A stretch of 64,000 nt of DNA from the human T2T-CHM13v2.0 reference genome, Homo sapiens: the NCBI RefSeq assembly GCF_009914755.1, contig NC_060946.1; one strand, 5' to 3'. Below are positions 1-19,763 of the stretch, piece by piece. The position numbers and the translations under genes were made by a program. A model generated the notes under the pieces. It did no database searches. It was not told the DNA's origin and worked only from the letters and a program-made list of their open reading frames with translations. The stretch's first letter is position 1; each line of letters begins with the position of its first letter.

Positions 1-423
<423 letters not shown>

Positions 424-1775
424 GGCAGCCCACCTCCACTTTGTTTTCCTCCATAGCACTTGTCACCACCTGACATACTTACTAGTTTATTTATTACCTA
501 TCTCTCCTCACCGAATGTGGAAGTCTCATAAGGGCAGTGTTCTTGTCCCTGCTTACCTGGCATGTACTAAGTGCTCTATTGAGGATTGTTGAATTAACGC
601 ATGAATCTTCCCACCAAATCTCCTCCTTTCTCTGTGCTCATCATCTAAGTAAAAGGCACCATCATCTACCAGTCATCCCCCTGGGTATTATCCCAGATTT
701 GTCCCTCTTTTCAAAAACCCAAGCATACGCCAGATCTTGTTGACTTAACATCCTAAATATTTCTCAAACCATCCCTTCTGTCACTGCCTTGGTTCTCCTC
801 TTCCATAGCAGATGCCTCAAATGCATAGAGTAACATGCTGCTTTGCACACTGTGAATGTTTCAGCATCCTCTCTGCCCCCTGCGCTCTCTGTCTACCTGC
901 CAGGCCCAGACCTGGCCCTCCTCTAGTGGCCCTGTCTCGGCAGATCCTCCACCACTGGGCCGACGGCCTGGGCCAGGAACCTGGGAGTCATCTTCCACTC
1001 CCCTTTCTTCCGCTTCCAATCAACTGCCAGAGTCTTTCTACTTGACCTATTTGGATATTTTTGAAAACTGTCCATTTCTTTTATCCTCATGGCCACCATC
1101 CTGGTCCCGGCCACCTCCTTCCTTCTCTTATCTGGGTTATCCCAGCAGGCTCCTAATACTGGTCTCCCTGCTTCCTGTCTGACTCAGTGGGATCCCTCTG
1201 AAACACAAATATGATCATGTGACTCTCCCACTTAAATGAGTCCCTACCCTTACAAGATAAAGCCAATTGCTTCTGTTGCACCCATATCCCTCCCTGATTT
1301 GTTCTCCTCAGCTCGGCCACAGTCAATTTCTGCCTTTGCCAGTTCCCCCCTCACTTTGACCATGCGATCCCTTGGCCTGAGATGCGCTTTCTATCTTCTC
1401 TGTCTGCTCAATCCCTCTGCCCTCCCAGACCCAGCTGGAAGGTCACCTCCCCTGTGAAGTCTTCCCTGACTCCCCCAGCAGAATTAACTGCCCCCTCTCT
1501 TGGGCTTCTGGCTCCACTCAGTTTGTCACAGGCCTGATGAGCAAGGATATCTTGATGAAGGTGATAACTGGCCGAAAAGCAGTTGGGGCGCCCAATGGCG
1601 CAGCCTTCAGAAGCACCTTCTGTGTTTTTGGAACTGTTGGCAGCATCCCAAGGTGAAATGGTAGAAGCATATGGCATGAGCATGGGGAAATGAGTCTGGG
1701 GAAGGGAAGAGAAGCCACATATTTGGAGCAGATTCTGTTCCTGTTCTAAAGGCTTGGAAGATGTTACTTTATTGA

Positions 1776-4272
<2,497 letters not shown>

Positions 4273-4420
4273 CTACGACCCCCATCCCTCTTCGGCCGTG
4301 GGGTGGCGCTGGGCGCATGCTCCCCGGCAGCGCGGTCATCCTCGCCTCCTTCGGGCCGCTCTAGCCGCCCCACTCGCTGCTCTGCGGGGAGGCGGGCGCT
4401 CCCGCAGGGGTTCCTCCAAG

Positions 4421-4453
4421 ATGGCGGCGCAGAGGAGGAGCTTGCTGCAGAGT
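4421..4453 (+). CDS. TAB1: TAB1 exon 1 coding part (MAAQRRSLLQS)
   Basis: aagATGg Kozak context; donor GTGAGG at 4454; phase 0. Confidence 0.97.
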
Positions 4454-5372
4454 GTGAGGAACAGGCCCGCTCTCTGGGCTTGGGGTTGGGAGCCTGGGCG
4501 GGGGTGCTGTCGGGTGCAGGAACGGCTCCTTCTCCGAGTTTGGACAGCCACCCTCTCCGTGGTGGGGTGTGTCAGCCACCTTCTCCTCTCCTCGGGCTGG
4601 CCCCCTCGTTCCCGAGGCCAGGGCGTGTGTGCGCGGCGGGCCCGGCCCCCGGGTCAAGGGCGCCGGGGCTGTGGGCTGCTGCTGCCGGGCGTCGAGGGCG
4701 GGAGCGTCCTGGAGCCAGAAGGGAACACGGCGGGCGGCAGCAGAGCTATCCGAGTCTCGAGCCCACTGCGACACCGAGCAGACGTGCAATGATAATAACA
4801 GCAGCATCCACAGTGTACCGCTTACTGCATCCCCGGCGTTGTGTTAATTGCTTTACATTTGTCAGTTTCATTTTCGTAGCAGCCCCCTGAGATAGGTGCT
4901 ACTGTTATTCCTATTTGACAGACTGAGACACTGAGGTGGTCGTTTGCCTAAGGCCACACAAATGGTACGTATTGAGGCAGGATTAAAATCAGGCAGTGTG
5001 ATTCCAGAAACCCCCTTAACCCCTGGGCTGTACTAAAGGAATGACCAGTGGTAGCTGTCACTGGGTTCTGGTCCTGGCTCTGACTGTGTCTCCCTCAGCC
5101 TCAGTTTCCTTCTCCTAAGGCGAGAGCGCTGAGTGGAAGAATTGTCTTCAGACTCATCCCTACCCCCGGTCTGGACCCTCATGGGTTTGGCGCTGTCTTC
5201 CAGGCCCTGCGTCCTCTGACGCGTATGTGCACATAGATGCACACACATGTTGGCACCATGGACTACTCTGACCTACCAGGGTAGGGTGCTGGCCTCCTGG
5301 GTCCTTCCTATGCATGGCACTGTTAGAATTGTCTATGGACTTGTCTGCCTCCTGTACTAGAAAGTAAACTCC

Positions 5373-5676
5373 GCCGGGCGCGGTGGCTCATGCCTGTAAT
5401 CCCAGAACTATGGGAGGCTGAGGCGGGTGGATCACGAGGTCAGGAGATCAAGACCATCCTGGCCAACATGGTGAAACCCCGTCTTTACTAAAAATACAAA
5501 AATTAGCCGAGCGTGGTGGGGGCGCCTGTAGTCCCAACTATTCGGGAGGCTGAGGCAGGAGAATTAGCTTGAACACAGGAGGCGGAGCTTGCAGCGAGCC
5601 AAGATCGGGCCACTGCACTCCAGCCTGGAGCGACAGAGCGAGACTGTGTCTCAAAAAAAAAAAAAAAAAAAAAAAC
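5373..5676 (+). mobile_element. Full-length Alu with 13-bp TSD, inserted in an L2 3'-end relic
   Basis: TSD gaaagtaaactcc at 5360-5372 and 5677-5689; flanks resemble the L2 tail (ctcaataaatacatttgtgaa). Confidence 0.92.
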
Positions 5677-8225
5677 GAAAGTAAACTCCTTGAGGACAGG
5701 GACCTGTGATCTCTTGTTTACCGCTGTGTCTCTATTATCTATCACCATGTGCTGGGCACTCAATAAATACATTTGTGAAAGGATGAGTAAACGTTTGTAG
5801 CCAGGTCCAGTGCTCGCCCTTGGCGTCACAGAGGTGAGTAGACATTGGCTCAGGGATAACCTGGAACCAGAGCCTTGAAATTATTCTCCCAGGAGCACAG
5901 TTCCCAGGCCTCCCCAGTGGGGATTGCTGTCTTCCCCTCCACACCTTTACTACTCCTTTATTTTATTACTGCTGGGCACGTCTGTCTTGTTACCGAGTTG
6001 GCATTGATTTTAGACGGCTGGCCCTCTGCTTTGTAAGTTCCCAGAGGGCAAGGTCCCTGTATAACTGTCCCCACTCTAGTTAGCATTTGGGAAACGCTGG
6101 TTGGATTGTGACATTGGGAGGGAAAATTGTAAATGGTGCAGGCTGAGTTGGCTTGCTGAGAAGAGAGCAGCCACCTGGGTCATGTAGAGTAGGTGGCTGC
6201 CAGCTTCTCCCCTTCCTAGATGTGATGGAACCAAAGGGAATTGTGTTAGGCAGAAGGCCAGCTCTACTAGCCCCAGAATGTGTTTCTCCAGGTGGTGGTG
6301 GCCTTTTTTAAAGCAAGAATAGTTAGCTTTAAACACATTGCATCTTGGTGCGTGGCAAAGGGATGGCAGGGATGTCATCAGAAGGCCCCTCCACCCTCAT
6401 GATGATCAGGACATCCCTCTCACAGGTTGTATGGATGTCCAGGTGGTGTGTAGGGCTTGCTGATGTCACATCCACTGTCTCAAGTCTGGGGAGAACAACT
6501 CAGCTCAGACACCTGCATTCAGAGATGGCTGTGAGGGCTGCTGGTCTGTGGCTACTGGGCAAATATGAATGAGGCGTGGTGCCCACCCTCACTGCGTTTG
6601 CAGATCAGCTTGGGAGGAGCATATGCCACTGATACAATACCTGGGGCACTGTCTTGTTATTGTAGACCTGTGTCAAGAGCCCTGGGCAGACAGCAGAGAA
6701 TTTTAGAGGCTTTAAAGGATGAGAGGAGTTTGCCAAGCAGAGGAGAGGAGGGCCATTCCAGGAGGATGTGTATGTGTGTTTTCTTGACACGTGTGTTTTT
6801 GTTTTCATTTTTCTTCCTAGAGATGGGGTTTCGCCATGTTGCCCAGGCTGGTCTAGAATCCTGGGTTCAAGCAATCCTCCTGCCTTCGCCTCCCAAAGTG
6901 CTGGGATTACAGGCATGAGCCACCGCATCTGGCTAAGGACAGGTGTTTAAATATGTGTGCATGTGTTTGTTAAGCTTTTCACAAGTTAAGTACAATTAGT
7001 ACTACAAGTCTATGTGTTGAGGGGCTGCAGAGTGGCCTGATTTGTCTGGGTCAGTGGAGGTTCGCAGGAATGGCATTTGCAAGGGTATGCTGGGGCCACT
7101 TGGTAGATCACTTGGTGGGAGCATCATTGCAGGCACTGTGGTACCTTGAAAGGTCTTTTGAAGCAAAAAGCTTTTTTGTGGGTGTATGGGGAAGACAGGA
7201 TCTCACTGTCACCCAGACTGGAGTGAAGCGGTGTGATCTCGGCTCACTGCAACCTCTGCTTCGTGGGTTCAAGTGATTCTTGTGCCTCAGCCTCCCAAGT
7301 AGCTGGGATTACAGGTGTGCACCACCACACCAGCTAACTTTCATATTTTTAGTAGAGACAGGGTTTCACCACGTTGCCTAGGCTGGTCATGAACTCCTGG
7401 CCTCAAGCAATCCGCCTGCCTGGGCCTCCCAAAGTGCTAGGATTACAGGTGTGAGCCACTGTGCCCGGCCACAAAGAGGTTCTAAGGAGAGCTTGATGTG
7501 TTCAAAAGGACCCAGACCTTTCAGCCGGATAAAACAGTGTTAGTCTCATACTGGCTTTGGGCAAATCACTTTATGTCCCTGAGCCTTAGTTTCTCCAAAC
7601 CAAGAGGACTCTGGGGAGTATTGTTGGTGTTAAAGGAACTGACACATTCCACTACTAGCCTGGCTTGGTTGCCCGCTAACCAGAAACTTCTACCTTCAGT
7701 GCTGCCGTGAGTGAATGCTGTTCATTCCCTTAAATGTCCCTGAGCACTCACTATGTGCTAGGCACCCTGCAGGTGCAGGAGACACCGCCTTTGTGGAGCT
7801 GATGGTCTAGTAAAGGGGACAGACAGTGAGCACCGAACAGATACAGATCATCTGTGATTTTGTAATATCCAAACTACAGCATCAGGTGGTGCTATGAGGA
7901 ACAGTCTAGATTCACACACAGAATGTTGGGGGTGCCATTTTGGACAGGGTGGTAAGGGAAGACTTCTCCACATTTGATGAGATGAAAACGGGGAAATGGG
8001 GGCAGCATTCCTGCCCAAGGGAGCAGGAGATGCAAAGGCTGCTGTTTCAGGAGCCTCAGGGGTGCTGGTGCAGCTGGGTGGAGTGCCTTGGGGGAGCTTG
8101 GGAGTAGCTGAGGTCTGAGGGAGCCGGGGGCCATGCTGGGCTTCACAGGTCCTGATGTGGCCTCTGGATTCCATTCTTCATGTGATGTGAAGCTTTCATG
8201 GGGAGCAGATTGAGTAGGGACCTGA

Positions 8226-8563
<338 letters not shown>

Positions 8564-8926
8564 GAAAAATCCCTCTTTTGAGTTTGAGTGGTGAGAGTGG
8601 AAGCCTGGGACCTCCTAAGAGACTCCTAGAGTCATCCAGGTGCGAGAAGGTGTCTTGGCCATGGGGATGGCAGAAGAATGGTGGGAAGTATCAGATTCCA
8701 GTTGTGTTTTGGAGGAAGAGCTCATGTGATTTGCTGATGGATTGAATGTGAGGTGTGTGACAGAGGAAGAAGAGTCAAAAAGGACTCTTAAGGTTTTGGT
8801 TTAAACAACAGTGGTGCCATTTACGGGGTGAGGGAGCCCTGGAAGAGGGGCACCCTGGGGCAGGGGGAATCAAGAGTTTGATTTTGCCTGTACTGTTACT
8901 TAATTATAAAAAAGAAAATCAGGCTA

Positions 8927-9145
<219 letters not shown>

Positions 9146-11148
9146 TCACTGCACTCCAGGCTGGGTGACACAGCAAGACCCTGTTTAAAAAAAAAAAAAG
9201 AAAGTAAGCTTAAAATCAATTTTTTAAACTTCGACATGTCCTGAGCAATTATATCTGAGATCATAGGTGCTGCTATCTGTGTAATTTATCTAAAGGATGT
9301 TAAAATAAATACATAGCCAGTAAAATAAAAAGGTCCATGGGGGTACCACCTATACCCATTGCATACACCCAGCTGCTGCCCTAGCACATTGGAAGTGCCA
9401 ACAATGATTATTAGCCCCTTTAAGAATGAATGAGGAGCTCTTTAGGATGACGACATGGAGAACCTTCAATGAAAACTCCGGTGGGAGAAGTGGGGGCCAG
9501 GAGTGGAGCTGGTCTCAGAGAAGTGGGTCATCCGGAAGGTTGGAGGTGGTGGGGGCATTGGGGCCTTGGAAGCTTTTTGGAGAGAAAGGTCTGCTGCTCC
9601 CCTGCTCCGAGCCCTCTTCCTGGGGTTGTGAGTCTCCCTTTCTGAGCTTCCTTTTTGCTTCTAAGGAATGTGGGTGCTTTTACCACAAAAACACTTGGCC
9701 TTTTCATAGCATAATTTGGTATTCAAGCTGTGGCCTGAGCTTGGAACCATTCTTTGTCCATTTCTGCTGCCCAGGACTTTGAGATGAGTCTGTGTGGGTA
9801 CTTTGTGAACTATTATGTGACATGGACACATATATACATGAGGAGTGAATGCTTACATCATGCACAGGGTGTTTGTAAAGGCCTTGTTGGGTTAAATACT
9901 GTTGGATCACTGTAGAAGCTTTTCATACCGAAACATTAATTTTGGAAACTCCTTCACAAAATCAAATCAAAATTAGGTCTTTTGAAACAGGCTTCTTAAC
10001 GTATTCTTGTGAAATTTCTCATGAGCAGTTCATTTCTCAGACATGGAAGAGTTAAGTCCTGCGTTCGCTGTTGTGTGTGTTGCAGTGGCTCCGCGATGAG
10101 GCTGTGCTGAGTGAGAGACGCCCCCTTCTCAGCTTCTCGCAGACTCTTGCTCCCTGCGCTCCAGCGCCGCTCACGGCTGGTGCTGGCAGGCCTGGCATTT
10201 GGGGGCGTGGGAGAAAGTATGCATCAGTGTGTGCAGGGGTGGAGGGGTGGGTGGTTTGTGTGAATAGAAAGTACATGACCTTTCTGAAAATTGTTCAGAA
10301 ATGTGGAGGAAGGAAGCGAGAGACTTGGCAGTCCTGTAGGCTTTAATGGAATCAGCAATGGACGCTCGGTATGGCTAATCCTCGATGGAGATGGAAAGGG
10401 ACGGGAGAACACGATCCAAGCCTACTCAGCTGCAGCAGCGTGAGTCCGCTGGGGAACACGGAGAAGACCAGATACTCTCACTCCCACTTGGTAGAACCTC
10501 CTGAGGTTCTCCGGCCACTGTAGTGAACCAGTGTCTGGCGAGCGCCCGAATTACGTGAGAAACTGCCCATGTGTCATTGGATCTAAGACACCAATGTTTT
10601 AAGGACACGTCAGTGTTTTGTCTATTGCTCAGAAAGAGAACTCACAGCTAATTAACTTGTAACATACCAACTCCAGAGACGTTAACATGTGGAAAATGTA
10701 GGTCTTCAAATCAGTGAAATAAGGTAATCTAATTAACAATACCAGGCTATAGCACAATGGTTGCCACAGGGCCACTTTGGGAGGCCAAGGCGTGTGGATC
10801 ACAAGGTCAGGAGTTCAAGACCAGCCTGGCCAAGATGGTGAAACCACGTCTCTACTAAAAATACAAAAAATTAGCCGGGCATGGTGGCACGCACCTGTAA
10901 TCCCAGCTACTCCAGAGGCTGAGGCAGAGAATTGCTTAAACCTGGAGGGGCAGAGCTTGCAGTGAGCCAAGATCGCGCCACTGCACTCCAGCCTGGGCGA
11001 CAGAGTGAGACTGTCACCAAAAAAAAAAAAAAAAAAAAGGAATCATTTGAGTGAAAGATAGTTTCTTGAAGATGGTCAGTGGATGATTGAGGTTTGGGAA
11101 TCATGGGCCTCTGGCCCTAGTTGGATTTGAGCAGTGCCTTTAGGGTAG

Positions 11149-11433
<285 letters not shown>

Positions 11434-12065
11434 TAGTAGAGACGGGGTTTCACCGTGTTAGCCAGGATGGTCTCAATCTCTTGACCTCATGATCTGCCCG
11501 CCTTGGCCTCCCAAAGTGCTGGGATTACAGGCGTGAGCCACTGCGCCCGGCCTCTGGTCACAGTTTTTTAGAGATTGTTTGGAACAGTGAGTAGAAGGCC
11601 TTGTCTGTACAAGATACACAGCTGAGTGAGATTGTTAATCTGTCAAAGGGCAAAATTCAAAACTTTCGACAGTCTGGAAGGCTGGGATGAATGCATTAAG
11701 ATGTAATTCGACTGATATAAATTTAGATTTAAAACAACCTTCTATAGTAGTTTGGCTGGGGGAGACAGACATGGTAGAAACTCACAGGAAAAGGACTTTG
11801 TTATTTTACATTACATAGAGGCTAGATGCTCATCTTCTCTTGGGTATATGAAAGCTGTTGATTTGCATACTTTGATTTTCTATCCTGCCGCCTAACTGAT
11901 TTCTTTTTCTGTTTGCATTAGTTTTTCATTGATTCTTTAGGGTTGCCAGGCGTACTGTCCTATCAACTGCAAATAGAAATGACTTCTTTCCCGGTTTTTA
12001 TGCTCTCATTCTTTACTCTGTCTAACTGCCTGGGCTAACACCTCCAGTTCTGTGTGAAGTAATAG

Positions 12066-12230
<165 letters not shown>

Positions 12231-14701
12231 TAGTAGATGGGACTACAGGCGTCTGCCACCACGCCCGGCTAATTTTTTGTATTTTTAGTAGAGACGGGGT
12301 TTTGCTGTGTTAGCCAGGATGGTCTCGATCTCCTGACCTCGTGATTCGCCGGTCTCGGCCTCCTAAAGTGCTCAGATTGCAGGTGTGAGCCACCGTGCCC
12401 AGCCTAATTTTTTGTATTTTTAGTAGAGACGGGTTTTCACCATGTTAGCCAGGATGGTCTCAATCTCTTGACCTCGTGATCTGCCCGCCTCAGCCTCCCA
12501 AGGTGCTGGGATTACAGATGTGGGCCACCATGCCCAGCCCTATGGCCCTGATCTTAATGAAGTGTTCCCCACTGAGTAAGTTGCCAGCATTAGGGCTGAA
12601 GTATACAGAGTAGCATGTTCAGAAAGGAGCCATCAGTTTCTGTTTTCTGGAGTGTTTTTACCAAGAATGGACCAAGACTCCTTAGATAAACAATAGCACT
12701 AGTGTCCATACTTACTGACCCAAACACCATTTGCCAGTTTATAAAATAATAAATTCCAGAAATATTACTGCCTCAACATTATGAAAATCAGATTTCCTAA
12801 AAAAGTACTTAGCAGTGTTGAAATATCTAGACACTATTCACGGGTACTTAATGAACAAGGCACGTGCTCAGTAGATTGATTGCCGTCAGACACACAGTTT
12901 TTCTCATTTGGGAAAGTTAGTTATTCCCACATCAGCCAAATACAGCACAGCATACAGTGGTCAGTAGATCATCAGCTTACTCCTGGTCTCCTGTTGTGAA
13001 ACGCTCTCAGATGAATTGTTCTTGTGCCATGACACACCAACGTGGCAAGTTCCTCAGTTGCCTGTTTGAGCTTGTTTCTTTCTTTACTTGTGGAAGACAA
13101 TTTCACTGGCGTTTTTTGTTTTTGTTTTTGTTTTTTGAGACGGAGTCTCGCTCTGTCATCCAGGCTGGAGTGCAGTGGCGTGTGCGATCTCGGCTCTCTG
13201 CAACCTCCACCTCCTGGGTTCAAGCAATTCTTCTGCCTCAGCCTTCCGAGTAGCTGAGACTACAGGCGCTTGCCACCACACCCGGTTAATTTTTGTATTT
13301 TTAGTAGAGACAGGGTTTCACCATATTGGCCAGGCTGGTCTTGAACTCCTGACTTGGTGATCCACCCACCTCGGCCTCCCAAAGTGCTGGGATTACAGGA
13401 TTGATCCACCGTGCCTGGCCTCACTGGCCTTTTTTAATAGTGTATGTCTAATGTGGAACAGACCCATAAGTTGCTTGGGTCTTATTTATTTGGCTGGGAA
13501 ACTATGGATTTTTTTAGAAAGATTCAAGTCCTTGGAAGCCTGTGTCTGTCCCTTATGGGAATTAGATACTGGCAGAGGAGGTAACTGTGATTACAGCATC
13601 GAAGACAGGTTTTGCATTGTGGTGACACATTTGTGTTAATATTATTCATCTCATATGAGAGGATGAGTTCATCTTAATCTCATTTTTAATCACAGCCTTC
13701 TAGAAAATAGAAATATCTTTTCCTCCCATGCTTTAAAACACCTGTGGCACTTTGGGGTGCTAAATATTGACTTCTTTGGCCATCTTTTCAGGAGGAAGAC
13801 ATGGGATACTCCTGACTGGGTAGATGCTTTTGTATTTCTGCTTAACCTCATAATTAATTTCATTCCAGCTGGTGGCAGGAGACAGACTAGAAAAGGAGCT
13901 ACCTTTGGAAGTATATTTGCCTGGTTATAGGAGACTTTTGTGAGCTCGCTGGAAATGAAAATATACTAAGCAGATCTAAGACATAGGGGATAATTGGCAA
14001 CATTTATCAGTTACCTGAAGAATACTTAATTCACTGGTTATTAACTCATTCCCATGGCCCAGAGGCCTTGCACTGCCCTCCCCCCCAGGCACATACGTGC
14101 ACACATATTTGCAAACACGGCATGGAGCGTCTTTCCCCTGTGCTCACTAGAGAGGCCACACCAGCCTTCTCGTGCTTCCGTAAACCTGACATGCTTTTTT
14201 CCATCTTAGGGTCTTTTTACGTTCCGCTCCCTCTGCCTGGAAGCCTCCTTCTCTGCCTTCTAGAAGGTCACTGCCCCATAGTCATTCAGGTCTGGCTCAG
14301 ACGTCACCTCCCCAGAGAGGTCTGCTTTTCTGACCACTTCATCTAGAGGCCCCCACCGCCCATCACGCTGTGTCCCATTACCATGGTGTGTTTTCTTCCT
14401 AGCACGTAGCGCTGTCTGAGATTGCCTTATTATTGTATTGTGTGTTTGAATTCTCTCTCTCCCTAGAAGGGAGGCTTCAAATAAGGAGCCTCTCTGTTTT
14501 CTCTTCTGTGTCCGCAGTACCCAGAATACTGCCAGACTGTTGCAAATGCTCAGCAGATATTTATTGAAAGAATGTATGTAGTGATTTAATGTACTGTAAT
14601 CACATAATATCATATGTGGGTCCGGAAGACCTAAGTTCCCATTTATGTTAAGAGAGGCATTAATTTTGCTTTAAAATGAAACAGTTCAAGATTAGAACTA
14701 G

Positions 14702-14851
<150 letters not shown>

Positions 14852-14854
14852 TGA

Positions 14855-15085
<231 letters not shown>

Positions 15086-15289
15086 TGAGGAGCTGAGCAG
15101 AATTGTTGCCATTTCTACTTTTTTTTTTTTTAATTTAGTTGTGACATACTTGGCTCAGCTAGCACTTACTGCCATTTCATCTTCCTTTTTTTTTTCATTT
15201 CCATTAGTAGGGTTTGGTTATACTGTCTATTTTCAAAGGCTATTAGAAGGCGTTAGTAGCTTTTCAGACCTTGTAGTAAAATTGTGTTA

Positions 15290-17160
15290 ATAAAAATAAA
15301 TAAATAAAAGTCACCCAGTGAAGACATAAATAAGTGTAGAGACACACCATGTTAATGGATTAGAAGACTCAACATAGTGACAATGTCTACTTTCCCCAAA
15401 TTGATCTGTAGATTTAAAGCAGTTCCAATAAAAATCCCAACAAGACTTGTGGATATAAGTAAGCTGATTCTAAAATTTATATGAAAAGGCAAAGGAACTC
15501 AAATAGCCAAAACAATTTTGAAAAAGAGCAAGAAGATAAGGAGACTCACACTAGCCAATTTAAAGACTTACTATAAAGCTACAGTAATCAAGAATGTAGT
15601 ATTGGTGGAGGGGTAGACACATCGATCACAGGAACAGAATAGAGTCTAGAAGTAGACCCACACAATTCAATGGAGAAAAGCTAGTCTTTTCAACAAATGG
15701 TGTTGGAATGATTGGATATTGGAATGAAAAAAAAAATGGACCTAAACCTCCTTCCTACCTTACACAGAAATTAATTCAAAATGGATCACAGATCTAAATG
15801 TAAAATATAAAACTATAAAACTTTTAGAAAAAAACATAGGTGCTCTTTGTAACTTGGGACTGGACAGAGAGTTCTTAAACATGACTCCAAAAGCATGAAC
15901 CATGAAAGAGAAAAAATGGATTAAATGGACTTCATCTAAACTAAAACCTTTGCTCTGCAAAAGACACTACTGAGTGAAATGCTAAGTTACAAATAAAAAG
16001 AACTCTCAGAACACAATAGTTAAGAAAATAACCTAATTTAAAAATAGGCAAAAAACTTGCACTTCACCAAAGAGGATGAGTTGGTGCCAAATAAACACGT
16101 GAAAGATACTCAGTGTCGTTAGCCGTTAGGAAGTGCAGATTAAAGTCACGATGAGCTACCACTACCCACCTCTTAGAATATCTAAATTCAGAAAAAGACA
16201 ATACCACATGGTGGCAAGGACGTGGAGCAGCCGGAACTCAACATTGGAAATGCAAATGGTTCAGCTGCTCTGGAAAACAGTTTGGCAGGTTCTTATAAAG
16301 TTAAACATATACTTACCATATGAGCCAGCCCTGTCACTCCTAGGTATTTACCCTGGATAAATGAAAAGTTACATTCATACAAAAACCTGTACATGAATGT
16401 TTATAGCATATTTCTTCATAGTTATAAGAAACGAAACAGCCCAAATGTCCTTCAGTGGATGAATGGATAAACAAACTTTACTACATCCGAACAATGGTAT
16501 ATTACTCTATGAAAGAGAGAGAGAGACTGTTGATGCACACAGGCTAACAACTTGGATGAGTCTTAGAGACATAATGTTGAGTGAAAGAAGCCAGTCTCAG
16601 GAGGTCATGTTTACTGCATCATTTCATTTATGTGACATTGTGTGACATTGTTTTGTTTTGTTTTGTTTTGTTTGGAGACAGAGTCTCACTCCGTCGCCCA
16701 GGCTGGAGTGCAGTGGTGTGCAATCTCGGCTCATGGCAACCTCTGCCTCTCAGGTTCAGGTGATTCTCGTGCCTCAGCCTCTTGAGTAGCTGGAATTACA
16801 GGTGTGCGCCACCACGCCCGGCTGATTTTTGTATTTTCAGTAGAGACAGGGTTTCGCCACATTGGCCAGGCTGGTCTCAAATTCCTGGCCTCAAGTGATG
16901 AGCCCCTCTTGGCCTCCTAAAGTGCTGGGATTACAGGCGTGAGCCACTGCACCTGGCGTTTAATATGACATTCTTAAAAAGACAAAGCCATAGCAGTGGA
17001 AAATAGGTTGCCAGGGATTAGGGGAGGGAGTGCGTTGGGAGTGGAGCTGCCCTGTATCCTGAGAGTGGTGGTAGTTACACACATCTCTACATGTGTCAAC
17101 ATTCACAGATGTGCGTGCCCCAGAAGCCAGTTTTACTCCATGTTAATGTAAAAATAAAAC
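15290..17160 (+). mobile_element. Ancient L1 (L1M-type) ORF2 3' part and 3' UTR, interrupted by an Alu
   Basis: Decayed ORF2 motifs (ttactataaagctacagtaatcaag; cttttcaacaaatggtgttgga; ctcctaggtatttaccc); no intact ORF. Confidence 0.88.
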
Positions 17161-17404
17161 AAACTCCCACACCCTGCAGAAGTTGCTCCAGGGTGCAAAA
17201 TGTAGAGCTGAAGCACCAAAATAGATAAAAGCAGAATAAAACCAATTATATGAAAAAAAGTGAAGTCACTCCTGTCAGTATATAACTAAACAGAAGCTAC
17301 AATTTGCCACAAAAGCTAACCACAGGCTTTTTATATATATGATTGCAAAAGCCTGTTGAAGTGGTTTCCACATCCTTTCTGGAAGACTTAACAATAACTT
17401 TTAA

Positions 17405-18005
<601 letters not shown>

Positions 18006-18016
18006 TGTTTGTTTAA

Positions 18017-18253
<237 letters not shown>

Positions 18254-19626
18254 TAGGCCGGTCTCAAATTTCTGACATCAAATGGTCCACCCACCTCAGC
18301 TTCCCAAAGTGCTGGGATTACGGGCGTGAGCCACTGCACCCAGCCAATACAAATTTTATTTTCCTTGAAATTGAACTGTGGTTCTCCCAGTTATTCCAGT
18401 TTGCTGTAGTTCTGCATGGTGGTTCTGGGAGTGCCCTTGTGAACAAAGCGCAGTTTTCAGGTGGGAGGCCAGATTTGGGGCAAGCTTTCAGGGAGAGGCA
18501 GGGAATTGCACCTGGGCCTTGCATCAAAGTTGTTCCTGGGGCTTAAAAAGTACAGATGCTCAGGATGTACCCTAGGGAGATCTGGGAAATTCAGAAATTG
18601 TGTTTAGGCCGGGGATGGGGCCAGGGCCTGGACCGCTGTGTGAGCGTGTTTAAAGCTCTGCAGTGATTATGCTGAACAGCCTGGTTTGAGATCCTATGGG
18701 GTAGAATGGGCATTGCAGACAGGCAGGGATGCTGGAATCAGGGTGCCGTTGGGGTACATGAGAGGGCCATCAGCCAGTCCTGGGTAGGGTCATCCTGAAG
18801 GAAGACCTCCTGGAGGTGGTGACTCCTGAGCCAAAGAGTCCCGAAGGACCCGGAGAATTGGTAGGGAAGAAGAGGGAGGGTGTTCATGTGGAGGCAAAGA
18901 GCAGGGGATGGACAGGGCTGTAGGCATTTGGGACTGGGAGGGAAGGATGTGGCAGGGGAGATGGGAGAGGACATCGGGGTGGCATGAGGATGTCTTATAA
19001 ACTAGCTCATAAACTCCGACTTAAAAGCCAGTCTCAGTTACTCTCCCTGGTACTTGGAGGTCCCAGTGCCAGAGAGAGTGACTGAGGCTAGCTTATAAGT
19101 CGGAGTTTCTCCAGGCTGGGTCTTAGGTCACCTGAAAGCATCACCCATGGGGAGCGGCCTGCACTGCAGATGTCCCGGGCCCTGCCCAGATCAGTCATTC
19201 TGAGGGTGGGGCCTGCAGCCTGCAGTGTTGGTAACCAATGCTCAAGGGATTTCTTTGTAGTGTGCATTTGGAGCCAGTGCAGTAAGAGGTGGGGTCCCCA
19301 GAGTTTCCTGCCAAGAGTCTGCGACATTTGTGTGTGTTTCACTAGGTTTCATAACGGCTCACTCCTGGAGGTCATTGCTGCGCCTTACATTTGGGAATGG
19401 TGGAGTCTCAGTTTTCCTGGGAAACAAGTTTGTAGACTAGCCATAAAAACAGCAAACCCTTCTGCAGGTGTCTGTTCATACAAACATTATTGTTTTCCAG
19501 AAGGAAGTGGAACCCTCTGTGTAGGGCTGCGGGCCTGCTAGGTTTTTGTTGCAGAAGGAATAGGTGAAGTGGGGACTACCCTGCAGACGCGGTGGCGTCT
19601 CACGGCTTCCTGGTGTCCTTCCCCAG

Positions 19627-19763
19627 GAGCAGCAGCCAAGCTGGACAGATGACCTGCCTCTCTGCCACCTCTCTGGGGTTGGCTCAGCCTCCAACCGCAG
19701 CTACTCTGCTGATGGCAAGGGCACTGAGAGCCACCCGCCAGAGGACAGCTGGCTCAAGTTCAG
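19627..19763 (+). CDS. TAB1: TAB1 exon 2 (EQQPSWTDD...SWLKFR)
   Basis: ccttccccag acceptor; GTGTGT donor at 19764; 137 nt. Confidence 0.97.

Noticed and set aside
13770-13830. Possible cryptic exon in intron 1 (catcttttcag|GAGGAAG)
   Set aside because: Good acceptor but only a weak donor nearby; not supportable without transcript data.
15290-17160. L1 as a potentially active element
   Set aside because: Heavily diverged, 5'-truncated, Alu-interrupted, no intact ORF2.
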